This document shows, one piece after another, positions 28,322 through 40,447 of a stretch of 64,000 nucleotides of DNA. The position numbers were made by a program, and so were the translations under genes. Below the pieces are notes generated by a model. The model was not told the origin of the DNA and made no database searches. It saw nothing but the letters and a program-made list of their open reading frames with translations. Origin of the DNA: Pseudonocardia sp. (lineage in GTDB: Bacteria; Actinomycetota; Actinomycetes; Mycobacteriales; Pseudonocardiaceae). The number at the start of each line of letters is the position of its first letter. The first letter of the stretch is position 1. Location: contig DATAZG010000057.1 in assembly GCA_036272155.1 (NCBI GenBank), positions 2,547-66,546 of the forward strand, read 5' to 3'.

Positions 28322-28355
28322 CGCCGGGGGGCAGGCTTGCGCCGGCCCCCCGGCG
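28322..28355 (+). terminator. Stem-loop after the peptide gene (mRNA stabiliser or partial terminator)
   Basis: Perfect 11-bp stem CGCCGGGGGGC / GCCCCCCGGCG. Confidence 0.7.
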
Positions 28356-28402
28356 GCCGGGTGTTCTCCCTTCGGCACTTCGGTTCGGCAGAAAGCGGCT
28401 CG

Positions 28403-29602
28403 ATGTCCCTCGCACCCCTGTTCACCGGGCGTTTTGTGGAGCTGGCCGGCGCTGACTTCGCCAGTGCGCAGCTCGGCCAGGAGTTCGTCCGGGCCGAGGT
28501 CGGCGCCGGTGAGGTGCGCGACCTGCTGACCTGGAGCGCGCTGAACCACATCCTGAGCACGCACCAGCTGGTCGCGCCGCAGCTACGGCTGTTCCGGGAC
28601 GGCACCCAGGTTCCGGTGGCCAGATACACCCGATCGGATGGTACGCAGGGCGGGGGTGACCGTCAGGTACTGCTGCCGGACGCGCTGTACCGCGAGCTGC
28701 GGGGCGGCGCCAGCATGGTGCTGGACTCCATCGACCAGCTGCACCCGCCGATCGCCGCCGCCGCCGACGACCTGATGCGCCTGGTGCACGAGCTGGTGCA
28801 GGTGAACCTGTACCTGGTGTGGGGCGAGAACCAAGGCTTCAACACACACTGGGACGACCACGACACGGTCATCGTGCAGCTGGCCGGCAGCAAGCACTGG
28901 ACGGTGCACGGGCCGGGCCGCCCCTATCCGATGAAGGTGGACACCGACCACGACCACGGCCCGCCGGACACCGTGGTCTGGCAGGGCACGCTGAACCCCG
29001 GCGACATCATCCACGTGCCGCGCGGCTGGTGGCACGCCGTGCGCGGCACCGGCGAGATGAGCATGCACCTGACCTTCGGCTTCACCAGGCGCACCGGGAT
29101 CGACTGGGCGCGCTGGGTGGTCGAGCAGCTCTACGACGAGGAGCTGTTCCGCCAGGACCTGCCCCGGTTCGCCGCGCCGGAGCAGCGCCGGGAGCACGAG
29201 GACGAGCTGGTCCGGACGCTGACCAAGACGCTCACCGCGCACCGGCCGACCGACTTCCTGACCTCCCGGGACCGGCGGTTCCCGCGCCGCCCGGAGATCA
29301 ACCTGCCCTGGCCGGTGCACTTCGAGAAGCCGGCCGACCGGGCCATGGTCGAGGTCACCGCGCTGCTCGAGCTGGCCGTGGAGCCGGCCGACCCGGCGGG
29401 TGGCGAGGCCGTCGTGGCCACCGTCGCCGGCAAGTCGTTCCGGTTCGCCGCCGTGATGGCGCCGATGCTGCGGCTGCTGGCGCGGGAGCGCTCGGTGAGC
29501 GTGGCCCGGCTGCGCGCGGAGGCCGGCGAGCTGGGCCCGGAGCGGTTCGGCGCCGCCCTCGAGCTGCTGCTGCAGCAGCACCTGGTCGTGCTGCGCGACT
29601 AG
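28403..29602 (+). CDS. JmjC/cupin-4 Fe(II)/2-oxoglutarate oxygenase (RoxA/NO66/MINA-like)
   Basis: VNLY...GFNTHWDDHDTVIVQLAGSKHW...LNPGDIIHVPRGWWH...SMHLTFG (HxD...H triad); helical C-terminal domain. Confidence 0.9.
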   Translation: MSLAPLFTGRFVELAGADFASAQLGQEFVRAEVGAGEVRDLLTWSALNHILSTHQLVAPQLRLFRDGTQVPVARYTRSDGTQGGGDRQVLLPDALYRELRGGASMVLDSIDQLHPPIAAAADDLMRLVHELVQVNLYLVWGENQGFNTHWDDHDTVIVQLAGSKHWTVHGPGRPYPMKVDTDHDHGPPDTVVWQGTLNPGDIIHVPRGWWHAVRGTGEMSMHLTFGFTRRTGIDWARWVVEQLYDEELFRQDLPRFAAPEQRREHEDELVRTLTKTLTAHRPTDFLTSRDRRFPRRPEINLPWPVHFEKPADRAMVEVTALLELAVEPADPAGGEAVVATVAGKSFRFAAVMAPMLRLLARERSVSVARLRAEAGELGPERFGAALELLLQQHLVVLRD

Positions 29603-30480
29603 CGGGCGGCTAGCTGGAGCGCGGCGGCCAGCGCGGTGAGCACCTCGGTGCAGCCGCCGTCGACCTTCAGCGCCGCGAACTCGTCGCCCCGGGTCGTGCC
29701 CCGGTTGACGATCACTACCGGCACGTCGAGCCGATGCGCACGGCGGACGAACCGCAGGCCGGACTGCACGGTCAGCGAGCTGCCGGCGACCAGCAGCGCG
29801 CCGGGCCGGCCGGTCTCCGGCGCCAGCCCCTCGACCATCGAGTAGCACAGCGCGACGCGCTCCGGCGGCACGTTCTCACCGAAGAAGACCACGTCCGGCT
29901 TGAGCACACCGCCGCAGTACGGGCAGTCGGCCACCCGGAACCCGGCCACCGACTCCAGCCGGGCGTCGCCGTCCGGCGCGCTGCTCACCTCGCCCCCGTG
30001 CGCCTCGGCGAAACCGGGGTTCAGCTCGGCGAGGCGGCGCTGCAGCTCGGTGCGCGGGCCGCGCCGCCGGCAGTCGAGGCAGACCACCTCGGACAGCCGG
30101 CCGTGCAGGTCGACCACCGTGCGGTGGCCGGCGGCCCGGTGCAGGCCGTCCACGTTCTGGGTGATCAGCCCGCGCAGGTGGCCGGCGCGCTCCAGCTCGG
30201 CCAGCGCGCGGTGCCCGGCGTTCGGCTCGGCCTGGCGCATCCGGGCCCAGCCGACGTGGCTGCGCGCCCAGTAGCGGCGCCTGGCGTCCTCGCCGGAGCG
30301 GAACTGGTCGTAGGTCATCGGAGTGGCCCGTGGCGAGCCGGGGCCCCGGTAGTCCGGGATGCCGGAGTCGGTGGATAGGCCGGCCCCGGTCAGCGCGACG
30401 AGCGGCCGCCCGGCGAGCAGCTCGCGCACCTGTTCGACCGACCGCGGTTCTGTTGACGTGGAGAGTGACTCGACCGGCAC
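29599..30480 (-). CDS. Sir2-family NAD-dependent protein deacylase
   Basis: TGAGLSTDSGIPDYRG, ITQNVDGLH, CxxC pairs, KPDVVFFGE. Confidence 0.95.
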   Translation of the reverse strand: MPVESLSTSTEPRSVEQVRELLAGRPLVALTGAGLSTDSGIPDYRGPGSPRATPMTYDQFRSGEDARRRYWARSHVGWARMRQAEPNAGHRALAELERAGHLRGLITQNVDGLHRAAGHRTVVDLHGRLSEVVCLDCRRRGPRTELQRRLAELNPGFAEAHGGEVSSAPDGDARLESVAGFRVADCPYCGGVLKPDVVFFGENVPPERVALCYSMVEGLAPETGRPGALLVAGSSLTVQSGLRFVRRAHRLDVPVVIVNRGTTRGDEFAALKVDGGCTEVLTALAAALQLAAR

Positions 30481-30643
30481 CCCTCCAGAGTAGGACGGTT
30501 GCGGCGCACCGAGTTCTGGCACCGAGTTGTGGCGCACAGAGCGGGAGCGACCAGCGCCACGTGCCGAGTTGCGCCGTTGGTCCGGTGGCCACCCCGAGGG
30601 CCGCCGTAGACTGGAGGGTGACGGTCGGGGAGGTGCACGAGGG

Positions 30644-31666
30644 GTGAACGCCGAGGAGCGCCGGTTTCAGGTGCTGCGCGCGATCGTGGCCGACTACGTC
30701 TCGACGCAGGAGCCGGTGGGGTCGAAGGCGCTGGTCGAGCGGCACAACCTCGGGGTGTCCAGCGCGACCGTGCGCAACGACATGGCGGCACTGGAGGAGG
30801 ACGGCTACATCGCGCAGCCGCACACCAGCGCCGGCCGGATCCCGACCGACAAGGGCTACCGCCGCTTCGTGGACCGGATCAGCGATGTCAAGCCGCTGTC
30901 GGCGCCCGAGCGGCGCGCCATCCACTCCTTTCTCGGCGGCGCGCTCGACCTGGACGACGTGCTGCGCCGCAGCGTCCGGCTGCTGGCCCAGCTGACCCGG
31001 CAGGTCGCGGTGGTGCAGTACCCCACGCTGACGCGGTCCACGGTGCGCCACGTCGAGGTGGTGCCGCTGACGCCGGCCCGGCTGATGCTGGTCCTGATCA
31101 CCGACAGCGGTCGGGTCGACCAGCGCATGGTCGACCTCGGTGACGTGCTGGCGGAGGACTCCGTCGGCCGGATCCGCGTGATGCTGAACACGGCGATGGT
31201 GGGCCGGCGCCTCTCGGACGCCGCGGTGCTCGTCGCCGACCTGCCCGAGGCCGCCCCGAACGACCTGCGGGACGCCGTGACCACGCTGTCCATGGTGCTG
31301 ATCGACGCGCTGGTCGAGCACCCCGAGGAGCGCCTGGTGCTCGGCGGCACGGCGAACCTGACGCGTAACGTGGCCGACTTCCCGGGCTCGCTGCGCCAGG
31401 TGCTGGAGGCGCTGGAGGAGCAGGTCGTGGTGCTCAAGCTGCTCGCCTCGGCGCACAGCCCGGGCACGGTGCGGATCAGCATCGGGGAGGAGAACGAGGC
31501 CGAGGAGATGCGCTCCACCTCGGTGGTCTCGATCGGCTACGGGCCGGGGGAGACACTGCTGGGTGGGATGGGCGTCGTCGGGCCGACCCGGATGGACTAC
31601 CCCGGCACGATCGCCGCGGTGCACGCGGTGGCTAGATATGTAGGTGAGATCCTGGCTGGGCGCTGA
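30644..31666 (+). CDS. hrcA: Heat-inducible transcription repressor
   Basis: [38 protein letters not shown]. Confidence 0.97.
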   Translation: MNAEERRFQVLRAIVADYVSTQEPVGSKALVERHNLGVSSATVRNDMAALEEDGYIAQPHTSAGRIPTDKGYRRFVDRISDVKPLSAPERRAIHSFLGGALDLDDVLRRSVRLLAQLTRQVAVVQYPTLTRSTVRHVEVVPLTPARLMLVLITDSGRVDQRMVDLGDVLAEDSVGRIRVMLNTAMVGRRLSDAAVLVADLPEAAPNDLRDAVTTLSMVLIDALVEHPEERLVLGGTANLTRNVADFPGSLRQVLEALEEQVVVLKLLASAHSPGTVRISIGEENEAEEMRSTSVVSIGYGPGETLLGGMGVVGPTRMDYPGTIAAVHAVARYVGEILAGR

Positions 31667-31744
31667 GCCCGGGTTGGACCGAGCACCCGGCGCCGCCGCG
31701 CCAGGGGCCGATGGAGCTGTACGAGGGACATGAGGAACGCAAGG

Positions 31745-32917
31745 GTGGCCAGGGACTACTACGGGGCGCTCGGGGTCAGCACTGACGCCGGGCCGGACGA
31801 GATCAAGCGGGCCTATCGCAGGCTGGCTCGCGAGCTGCACCCCGACGTGAATCCCGACGCGTCGGCGCAGCAGCGGTTCGCCGAGGTGAAGGCGGCCTAC
31901 GAGGTGCTCTCCGACCCGGAGAAGCGCCGGATCGTGGACCTCGGCGGCGACCCGCTGGACAACGGCGGCCGGGGCGGTGGCGGCGGGGGTGACCCGTTCG
32001 CCGGTTTCGGTGGTCTCGGCGACATCATGGACGCCTTCTTCGGCGGCTCGGCGGGTGGCGCCGGGGGCCGTGGTCCGCGCAGCCGGGTGCAGCCCGGTGC
32101 CGACGCGCTGATCCGGATGCGGCTGACGCTGGAGGAGTGCGCGGTCGGGCTGACCAAAGAGCTCACCGTGGACACCGCCGTGCTCTGCACGGAGTGCACC
32201 GGGTCGGGCTGCGCGCCGGGTACCTCGCCGACGATGTGCGACATCTGCGGCGGCCGGGGCGAGGTGCAGAGCGTGCAGCGTTCGTTCCTCGGCCAGGTGG
32301 TCACCAGCCGGCCGTGCCCGAACTGCCGCGGCCTCGGCCAGGTCATCCCCGACCCGTGCCGCCAGTGCGCCGGGGACGGGCGGGTCCGCGCGCGCCGCTC
32401 GGTGACGGTGAAGATGCCGGCCGGTGTGGCCGACGGTATGCGGGTGCGGCTGGCCGGCCAGGGCGAGGTCGGCTCCGGCGGCGGCCCGGCCGGTGACCTG
32501 TACGTGGAGGTCGAGGAGGCGCCGCACGACGTCTTCACCCGCGAGGGCGTCGACCTGCACTGCGTGCTGCCGCTGCCGATGACGGCCGCCGCACTGGGCA
32601 CCACGGTCCGGTTGCCGCTGCTCGCCGACGGTGAGGAGCTGGAGCTGGACGTCGAGCCCGGCACCCAGACCGGCATGGTGCGCACGCTGCGCGGCCGGGG
32701 CATGCCGAGGCTGCGCTCCACCGGGCGGGTGGACGGCCGGGGTGACCTGATGGTGCACATCGAGGTGCTCACGCCGACCAAGCTGGACGCCCGGCAGATC
32801 GAGCTGCTGCGCGAGCTGGCCGCCGTCCGCGGTGACGAGCAGCCGGACCTGGCCATGAACGGCCGCAACGGCGGTGGCCTGTTCTCCCGGCTGCGGGGCG
32901 GCCGGAGCCCCCGCTGA
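31745..32917 (+). CDS. dnaJ: Chaperone DnaJ (DnaJ2)
   Basis: J domain with HPD; G/F region; four CxxCxGxG. Confidence 0.97.
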   Translation: MARDYYGALGVSTDAGPDEIKRAYRRLARELHPDVNPDASAQQRFAEVKAAYEVLSDPEKRRIVDLGGDPLDNGGRGGGGGGDPFAGFGGLGDIMDAFFGGSAGGAGGRGPRSRVQPGADALIRMRLTLEECAVGLTKELTVDTAVLCTECTGSGCAPGTSPTMCDICGGRGEVQSVQRSFLGQVVTSRPCPNCRGLGQVIPDPCRQCAGDGRVRARRSVTVKMPAGVADGMRVRLAGQGEVGSGGGPAGDLYVEVEEAPHDVFTREGVDLHCVLPLPMTAAALGTTVRLPLLADGEELELDVEPGTQTGMVRTLRGRGMPRLRSTGRVDGRGDLMVHIEVLTPTKLDARQIELLRELAAVRGDEQPDLAMNGRNGGGLFSRLRGGRSPR

Positions 32918-33693
32918 CGCCGCCGCTGTACCTGGTCGACGAGCTGCCGGCCGGCGCGGACGCCGAGCTCACCGGGCCGGAGGGCCGGCACGCCGTCACC
33001 GTGCGGCGCACCCGCGTCGGCGAGCGGCTGTTGCTCGGGGACGGCCGGGGTGGCCTCGCCGACGCCGAGGTGACCTCGGTCGGCCGGGACACACTGCGGC
33101 TGGCGGTGCTGGACCGCCGTCGCGTGCCGGCGCCGTGCCCGACGGTGACGCTGGCGCAGGCGCTGGTGAAGGGCGACCGGGGCGAGCTCGCGGTCGAGCT
33201 GGCCACCGAGGCCGGCGTGGACGCGGTGCTGCCGTGGCGGGCGGCCCGCTGCGTGGCGCGCTGGGACGAGGGGCCGCGCGGCGACAAGGCGCTGGCCCGC
33301 TGGCGGTCCACGGTGCTGGCCGCCACGAAGCAGTCCCGGCGGGCCTGGCTGCCCGAGGTCGGCGATCCGGTGGGTACCTCGGCGCTGGCCGCCCGGTGCG
33401 CCGCCGCCGACGCCGCGCTGGTGCTGCACGAGTCGGCCGAAACCTCGATCGCGGCGGCCGTCCGCGAGCTGGCCCCCGACCTCTCGCGGGAGACGGATGT
33501 GGCCCGCGGCCTCGAGTTCGTGCTGGTGGTGGGCCCGGAGGGCGGTATCGCGGACGACGAGCTGGCGTCACTGTGCGCAGTCGGGGCGCGCCCGGTGCGG
33601 CTGGGGCCGGAGGTGCTCAGGGCCTCTACAGCGGCGGCTGTGGCCCTTGGCGCGCTTGGTGTACTGACAGGACGATGGGATGCCTACTTTTAG
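32914..33693 (+). CDS. rsmE: 16S rRNA m3U1498 methyltransferase; probable CTG start
   Basis: [38 protein letters not shown]; N-terminus extends to CTG 32914, which overlaps the dnaJ TGA. Confidence 0.92.
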   Translation: MTPPLYLVDELPAGADAELTGPEGRHAVTVRRTRVGERLLLGDGRGGLADAEVTSVGRDTLRLAVLDRRRVPAPCPTVTLAQALVKGDRGELAVELATEAGVDAVLPWRAARCVARWDEGPRGDKALARWRSTVLAATKQSRRAWLPEVGDPVGTSALAARCAAADAALVLHESAETSIAAAVRELAPDLSRETDVARGLEFVLVVGPEGGIADDELASLCAVGARPVRLGPEVLRASTAAAVALGALGVLTGRWDAYF

Positions 33694-33864
33694 TGATAAT
33701 TGAACGGTCAAATAGGCCGTTAGAGTGATCAGAAATGGCTGGAAGGGTGGCGCGCGTTACGATCCGTGTACCGAAGCCGCCGGTCCAACGGGCCGGGCTC
33801 GGAGCAACATCGGGTGTTACCACCCGGTGGGGCCGCCGGTTGAGTCCCCCTTTGCCGGCGGCCG

Positions 33865-33906
33865 CCGCGCCGCGGCGGGCGTCCCCCCACGCTCGCCGCG
33901 GCGCGG
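33865..33906. other. Strong intergenic hairpin
   Basis: CCGCGCCGCGGCG...CGCCGCGGCGCGG between rsmE and phoH. Confidence 0.6.
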
Positions 33907-34041
33907 TCCCATGCCAGCGTGCGGCCGGGCGTGCGGCACAGCCCGATGGGGGTTACCCGCCTGCGCACGGGAGCGGGTCCCGCTACCATCGAGGCAACAA
34001 CCAGCTGGGTCGAGCGCGCAGGAAAGCAGGCAGTACGTCAC

Positions 34042-35097
<1,056 letters not shown>

Positions 35098-35122
35098 TCC
35101 CCACCGACCCGAGACAAGTGTC

Positions 35123-35668
35123 ATGAGCATTGAGATCTGCAACGAGTCCGGGGTCGCCGTCGACGAGACGGCGATCGTGTCGGTGGCCCGGTTCGCGCTG
35201 GACGCGATGCGGGTGAACCCGCTGGCCGAGCTGAGCGTGCTGCTGGTCGAGCTGGACGTGATGGCCGAGCTGCACCAGCGCTGGATGGAGCTGCCCGGCC
35301 CGACCGACGTGATGTCGTTCCCGATGGACGAGCTGGACGCCACCCGCCGGCCGGACTCGCTGGACGACCCGGAGTCGATCCTCGGCGACGTGGTGCTCTG
35401 CCCGGCGTTCGCCAAGGACCAGGCCCGGTCCGCCGGCCACTCGCTGGCCGACGAGCTGCACCTGCTCACCGTGCACGGCGTGCTGCACCTGCTCGGCTAC
35501 GACCACGCCGAGCCGGACCAGGAGCGCGAGATGTTCGCCCTGCAGAACCAGCTGCTGCAGCGCTGGCGGGCCGACCGCGCGGTCGCCGACGAGCGGCAGC
35601 GCCAGCGCGCGGCCGACACCCACGTGCTGGGCACCGTAGGACTCGAGGAGCCCGGCCCCCATGGCTGA
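35123..35668 (+). CDS. ybeY: rRNA maturation endoribonuclease
   Basis: [19 protein letters not shown]. Confidence 0.97.
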   Translation: MSIEICNESGVAVDETAIVSVARFALDAMRVNPLAELSVLLVELDVMAELHQRWMELPGPTDVMSFPMDELDATRRPDSLDDPESILGDVVLCPAFAKDQARSAGHSLADELHLLTVHGVLHLLGYDHAEPDQEREMFALQNQLLQRWRADRAVADERQRQRAADTHVLGTVGLEEPGPHG

Positions 35669-35684
35669 CCCCGCCCCTGCCCCC

Positions 35685-35728
35685 CGCGAGTCGGGGGATT
35701 TGTCAGGGCGAGTCGCGGATTCCGTCAG
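35685..35728. repeat. REP-like family C (GAGTCGSGGATT..GTCAGGG unit), copy 1
   Basis: Two tandem units of about 21 bp; the same unit occurs at 49142-49250 and 49955-50073. Confidence 0.8.
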
Positions 35729-35731
35729 CCG

Positions 35732-37087
35732 ATGACGTCCTCGGTGGCCTGGCAGATCGTGCTGGCCGTGCTGCTGGTCCCGCTGGCCGGGCTGTTCGCG
35801 GCGGCCGACTCGTCGCTCGGCACCGTGTCGAGGGCGCGGGTCGAGGCGCTGGTCCGGGCCGGCAAGGCGGGCGCTCGGTCCCTGGCCGCCGTGGTGGCCG
35901 ACCGGCCCCGCTACGTCAACCTGCTGCTGCTCTCCCGGCTGGCCTGCGAGACGGTGGCCACCGTGCTGGCCACCCTGGTGGCGATCCAGCTGATCACCCC
36001 GGTCTGGCTGGCCGCCGTGGTGGCCGGCGCGATCATGGTGGTGGTCAGCTACGTGCTGATCGGGGTCGGCCCGCGCACCATCGGCCGCCAGCACCCGTAC
36101 GGCATCGGGCTGCTGCTGGCCGCGCCGGTGCGCGCGCTGGCCGCGCTGCTGGGCCCGCTGACCCGGCTGCTGATCGTGGTCGGCAACGCGATCACGCCCG
36201 GCAAGGGGTTCCGCGAGGGCCCGTTCTCCTCCGAGGTCGAGCTGCGTGAGGCGGTCGACCTGGCCGGCGCCCGGGGCGTGGTCGCCGAGGACGAGCGGCA
36301 GATGATCCACTCGGTGTTCGAGCTGGGGGACACGCCCACCCGGGACGTCATGGTGCCGCGCACCGACCTGATCTGGATCGAGCGCCACCGCACCGTGCGG
36401 GACGGGCTGACCCTGGCGCTGCGCAGCGGCTACTCCCGTATCCCGGTGCTCGGGGAGGGCGTGGACGACGTGATCGGGGTGGCCTACCTGAAGGACCTCG
36501 CGGCGGCCGAGCCGGACAAGCTGGTCTCCGACGTGATGCGCCCGGCGACCTTCGTCCCCGACTCCAAGCCGGTCGCCGACCTGCTCAAGGAGATGCAGCG
36601 CAGCCGGTACCACATGGCGATCGTCGTCGACGAGTACGGCGGCACCGCGGGCGTGGTGACCATCGAGGACATCCTGGAGGAGATCGTCGGCGAGATCACC
36701 GACGAGTACGACACCGAGGAGATCCCGCCGATCCAGACGGTGGACGAGCACACGGTGCGGGTGAACGCCCGGCTCCCGGTGGCCGACCTCGGTGAGCTGT
36801 TCGGCGCGGAGGCGGAGCTGGAGCTCGAGCTGGAGGAGGCCGACGTGGACACCGTGGGCGGCCTGCTGGCGCAGCGGCTCGGCCGTGTGCCTCTGCCCGG
36901 CGCGCGCGCCGAGGTGGCCGGTCTGCGGCTGCTCGCGGAGGGCGGCAAGGATGCACGGGGCAGGATTCGAATCACCACCGTCCTCGTGACCCCGGTCGAG
37001 GGGTCGGCGGGCGGCACGGAGTGGCCCGACGGCGGCTCCGAGGCACGGGTCGCCGGGCGGCGGGAGGGAAGCGATGTCTCGAGCTGA
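35732..37087 (+). CDS. CNNM/CorC (hemolysin-family) CBS-domain membrane protein
   Basis: N-terminal TM region; [34 protein letters not shown]. Confidence 0.93.
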   Translation: MTSSVAWQIVLAVLLVPLAGLFAAADSSLGTVSRARVEALVRAGKAGARSLAAVVADRPRYVNLLLLSRLACETVATVLATLVAIQLITPVWLAAVVAGAIMVVVSYVLIGVGPRTIGRQHPYGIGLLLAAPVRALAALLGPLTRLLIVVGNAITPGKGFREGPFSSEVELREAVDLAGARGVVAEDERQMIHSVFELGDTPTRDVMVPRTDLIWIERHRTVRDGLTLALRSGYSRIPVLGEGVDDVIGVAYLKDLAAAEPDKLVSDVMRPATFVPDSKPVADLLKEMQRSRYHMAIVVDEYGGTAGVVTIEDILEEIVGEITDEYDTEEIPPIQTVDEHTVRVNARLPVADLGELFGAEAELELELEEADVDTVGGLLAQRLGRVPLPGARAEVAGLRLLAEGGKDARGRIRITTVLVTPVEGSAGGTEWPDGGSEARVAGRREGSDVSS

Positions 37088-37439
37088 GTCAGGGGCGGCC
37101 GTGGAGCTGGACCCCGAGGACACCAAGATCGTGGTGCTCGCCCGGTCCACGCGGGCCCGTACCGGGGCGGCCGAGGGGGCCGCCGTACGGGACACCGACG
37201 GGCGGACCTACGCGGCCGCCACCGTCGAGCTGCCGTCGCTGCGACTGTCCGCGCTGCAGGCCGCCGTGGCCGCCGCGGTGTCCAGCGGGGCGCCGGGCCT
37301 CGAAGCGGCCGCGGTGGTGAGCGCCGAGGGCACCGAGCCGACTGCCGAGGAGGTGGCCGCCGTGCGCGACCTCGGCCCGACGGCGCCCGTGCTGCTGGCC
37401 GACGCCTCCGGCACGGTGCGCGCGGTGCTCGGCACGTGA
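37074..37439 (+). CDS. Cytidine-deaminase-like protein lacking the Zn ligands
   Basis: [18 protein letters not shown]; no CAE or PCxxC; position matches the actinobacterial gene upstream of era. Confidence 0.75.
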   Translation: MSRAESGAAVELDPEDTKIVVLARSTRARTGAAEGAAVRDTDGRTYAAATVELPSLRLSALQAAVAAAVSSGAPGLEAAAVVSAEGTEPTAEEVAAVRDLGPTAPVLLADASGTVRAVLGT

Positions 37440-38707
37440 CGGGGCCGGCGGCAGGGGCGGCGGTAGGGCCAGCGGCACGGACGCCGCGCTACGACGCGGT
37501 GGTGGTCGGCGCGGGGATCGTCGGCCTGGCCACCGCGCGCGAGCTGCGCAGGGCCGGCCGCACGGTCGCCGTGCTGGAGGCCGAGCACCGGGTGGCCGCA
37601 CACCAGTCCGGGCGCAACTCGAACGTGATCCACTCCGGGCTGTACTACCGGCCGGGCAGCGCCAAGGCCCGCCTCGCGGTGGCCGGCCGGGACGAGACCG
37701 TGGCCTTCTGCCGCACCCACGACCTGCCGCACCGGATCGGCGGCAAGCTCGTGGTGGCCACCGAGCCCGAGGAGCTGCCCCGGCTGGCCGAGCTGGGCCA
37801 CCGGGCGCTGGCCAACGGTGTCGAGTGCGAGGAGCTGGACGCGCGCGGCGCCCGCCGGTACGAGCCCGCGGTGCGCGCGCTGGCCGCGCTGCGGGTGCCC
37901 GGCACGGGGGTGTGCGACTTCCGGCTGATCACCCAGAAGCTGGCCGAGCTGTTCGAAGCGGCCGGCGGCGAGCTGCTGCTGGGCCGCCGGGTCACCAGGC
38001 TGGTGCGCCGGCGCGCCGACGTCGTGGTCCGCACCGAGCGCGGCGACGTGCTGGCCCGCCAGGTGGTGGCCTGCGCCGGCCTGCACTGCGACGAGCTGGC
38101 CCGCCGGAGCCCGGGGGCCGGGCCGGGGGTGCGCATCCTGCCGTTCCGGGGCGAGTACGCCGGGCTGCGCGAGCCGGCCGCCGCGCTCGTCCGCGAGCTG
38201 ATCTACCCGGTGCCGGATCCTGACCTGCCGTTCCTCGGCGTGCACGCCACCCGGGGTTTTGACGGGCACGTGCACGTCGGCCCGAACGCGGTGCTGGCGC
38301 TGGCCAGGGAGGGCTACGACTGGCGCACCGTGCACCCGCGCGAGCTGGCCGGCACGCTGGCCTACCCGGGGCTGCGCCGGGTGGCCCGTAAGTACTGGCG
38401 CTACGGGCTGGAGGAGGTGCGCGGTTCGCTGTCCCGCAAGGTGATGGCCGAGCGCGTGCGCCGCATGCTGCCCGACGTGCGCGCCGAGGACCTCGAGCCG
38501 GGCGGAGCCGGGGTGCGCGCCCAGGCGGTCCGCCCCGACGGCACGCTCCTCGACGACTTCCTGTTCCAGGCCGACGGCCCGGTGCTGCACGTACTCAACG
38601 CACCGTCGCCGGGGGCCACCTCGGCGATGCCGATAGCCAGGGAGATCGTCGCCAGGTTGACCGGCGAGCGCCCGGCCGCACCGACCGAGGTGGCTTCGCG
38701 GAAATGA
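37436..38707 (+). CDS. lhgO: L-2-hydroxyglutarate oxidase-like FAD oxidoreductase
   Basis: [46 protein letters not shown]. Confidence 0.9.
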   Translation: MTGPAAGAAVGPAARTPRYDAVVVGAGIVGLATARELRRAGRTVAVLEAEHRVAAHQSGRNSNVIHSGLYYRPGSAKARLAVAGRDETVAFCRTHDLPHRIGGKLVVATEPEELPRLAELGHRALANGVECEELDARGARRYEPAVRALAALRVPGTGVCDFRLITQKLAELFEAAGGELLLGRRVTRLVRRRADVVVRTERGDVLARQVVACAGLHCDELARRSPGAGPGVRILPFRGEYAGLREPAAALVRELIYPVPDPDLPFLGVHATRGFDGHVHVGPNAVLALAREGYDWRTVHPRELAGTLAYPGLRRVARKYWRYGLEEVRGSLSRKVMAERVRRMLPDVRAEDLEPGGAGVRAQAVRPDGTLLDDFLFQADGPVLHVLNAPSPGATSAMPIAREIVARLTGERPAAPTEVASRK

Positions 38708-39618
38708 CCGAACTGACCAGCCAGACCGAGTACCGCTCAGGCTTCGCCTGCTTCGTCGGGCGGCCCAACGCGGGCAAGTCCACGCTGACCAACGCATTGA
38801 TCGGCGGCAAGGTGGCGATCACCTCCAGCCGCCCGCAGACCACCCGGCACGCCATCCGGGGCATCCTGAACCGGCCGGACGCCCAGCTCATCGTGGTCGA
38901 CACGCCCGGGCTGCACAAACCGCGCACGCTGCTGGGCAGCCGGCTCAACGACATCGTCCGGGAGACCTGGGCCGAGGTGGACGTGATCGGCTTCTGCGTG
39001 CCGGCCAACGTGCCGGTCGGCCGGGGCGACGCGTTCATCGTCAACGAGCTGCGCTCCGTGGCGCAGCGCACCCCGGTCATCGGAGTGGTCACCAAGACCG
39101 ACCTGGCCGGCCCGGAGATGGTCGTCGAGCGGCTCACCCAGCTGTCCGCGCTGATGGAGTTCGCCGAGATCGTGCCGTGCTCCGCGGTCGACGGCTTCCA
39201 GCTGAAGACCGTGGCCGACCTGCTGGTGGCCCGGCTACCGGAGGGCCCCCAGCTCTACCCGGACGGCGAGCTCACCGACGAGCCCGAGACCACGCTGATC
39301 GCCGAGCTGATCCGGGAGGCGGCGCTGGAGGGCGTGCGCGACGAGCTGCCGCACTCGCTGGCGGTGCTGGTCGAGGAGATGATGCCGCGCGAGGGCCGCG
39401 ACGACATGCTCGACGTGCACGCGATCCTCTACGTCGAGCGGTCCAGCCAGAAGGGCATCATCATCGGCAAGGGCGGCGCCCGGCTCAAGGAGGTCGGCAC
39501 CGCCGCGCGCCGGCAGATCGAGGCGCTGCTCGGCACCAAGATCTTCCTCGAGCTGCACGTCAAGGTGGCCAAGGACTGGCAGCGCGACCCGCGCCAGCTG
39601 CGCAAGCTCGGCTTCTAG
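38704..39618 (+). CDS. era: GTPase Era
   Basis: GRPNAGKST, PQTTR, DTPG, TKTD, KH-domain IIIGKGG. Confidence 0.98.
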   Translation: MTELTSQTEYRSGFACFVGRPNAGKSTLTNALIGGKVAITSSRPQTTRHAIRGILNRPDAQLIVVDTPGLHKPRTLLGSRLNDIVRETWAEVDVIGFCVPANVPVGRGDAFIVNELRSVAQRTPVIGVVTKTDLAGPEMVVERLTQLSALMEFAEIVPCSAVDGFQLKTVADLLVARLPEGPQLYPDGELTDEPETTLIAELIREAALEGVRDELPHSLAVLVEEMMPREGRDDMLDVHAILYVERSSQKGIIIGKGGARLKEVGTAARRQIEALLGTKIFLELHVKVAKDWQRDPRQLRKLGF

Positions 39619-39724
39619 GTCGGCGCACCGGGCGTGGCCGGGACGGTGACCCTGCCGATCCCGCGCCGCCGGAGCCGTGCCGGCCCCTGACCGGGGCGCG
39701 ACACGGACCGGTGGACGTCGCGGC

Positions 39725-40336
39725 TCAGTCGAGCCGGACGGTGCCGCGGATCATGGTGTAGTCGTCGGGCTGGGCGAACCGGGCGCCGACCCGGTCGCTC
39801 GCGCGCGCCCGCAGCTGCTCGGCGACCGGCCAGAACGCGGCGGCCTCGGCGTGGCTCTCCCAGGTCGAGATGGTCATGCCGGCGCCGGTGGAGCGGTCGA
39901 GCACGAGCTGGAAGCTGCACAGCCCGGGGGCGCCCTTCACCCGGGGCACGTTCTCCTCGTTCATCAGGCTGATCGCCTCCTCCACACGCGCCACGGGCAC
40001 CGTGAGCGGGGTCAGGCGGACCAGCGCCCCCCGGGCCGGGATGGAGTGCCGGAAGCCGACGACCACCTCGAAACGCTCGACGGTCACCTCGCCGGCCAGT
40101 GCCGTCGCGGCGCCGGAACGGGTGTAGGCCAGGCCGGCCTCGGAGGTTCGGAGGGCCTCCGCGCTGTCCCAGTAGGACGCGCCGACGAGCCGGCCGCGTT
40201 CGGTGTCGACCACGACCGCAAAGCCCCGGTTGCCCTCGGTCGACTCCACCGCGGTGCGGGTGGGACCGTCCGCGTAGTCGATGGCCGCGTCGATCCTGCT
40301 CGGGTCACCTCGGACGTGGGTGTAGCGCGCAAACAT
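39725..40336 (-). CDS. Tandem ABM/Dabb-like domain protein
   Basis: Two repeats ending SYWDS and STWES; RBS before ATG 40336. Confidence 0.65.
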   Translation of the reverse strand: MFARYTHVRGDPSRIDAAIDYADGPTRTAVESTEGNRGFAVVVDTERGRLVGASYWDSAEALRTSEAGLAYTRSGAATALAGEVTVERFEVVVGFRHSIPARGALVRLTPLTVPVARVEEAISLMNEENVPRVKGAPGLCSFQLVLDRSTGAGMTISTWESHAEAAAFWPVAEQLRARASDRVGARFAQPDDYTMIRGTVRLD

Positions 40337-40447
40337 GGGGGATCCCTTCGCCGGTGCGGTCCGCGCGGACGGCGCGGACAGGCCAGCGTCCTCACCATGG
40401 CGGTGGCCCACAAGAGGCGTTCGGCCGGCTCGCCCGGGCCGGCCGGC

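Noticed and set aside
29599-30480. Sir2 as an anti-phage defence effector or member of the peptide locus
   Set aside because: Standard Zn-binding sirtuin deacylase, convergent with the JmjC gene, with no defence partner genes.
30485-30643. CIRCE element upstream of hrcA
   Set aside because: No TTAGCACTC-N9-GAGTGCTAA-like match; only short GCACCGAGTT repeats.
33694-34041. Small gene or ncRNA in the rsmE-phoH spacer
   Set aside because: Candidate ORFs lack an RBS and codon bias; only a hairpin is evident and I recognise no RNA family.
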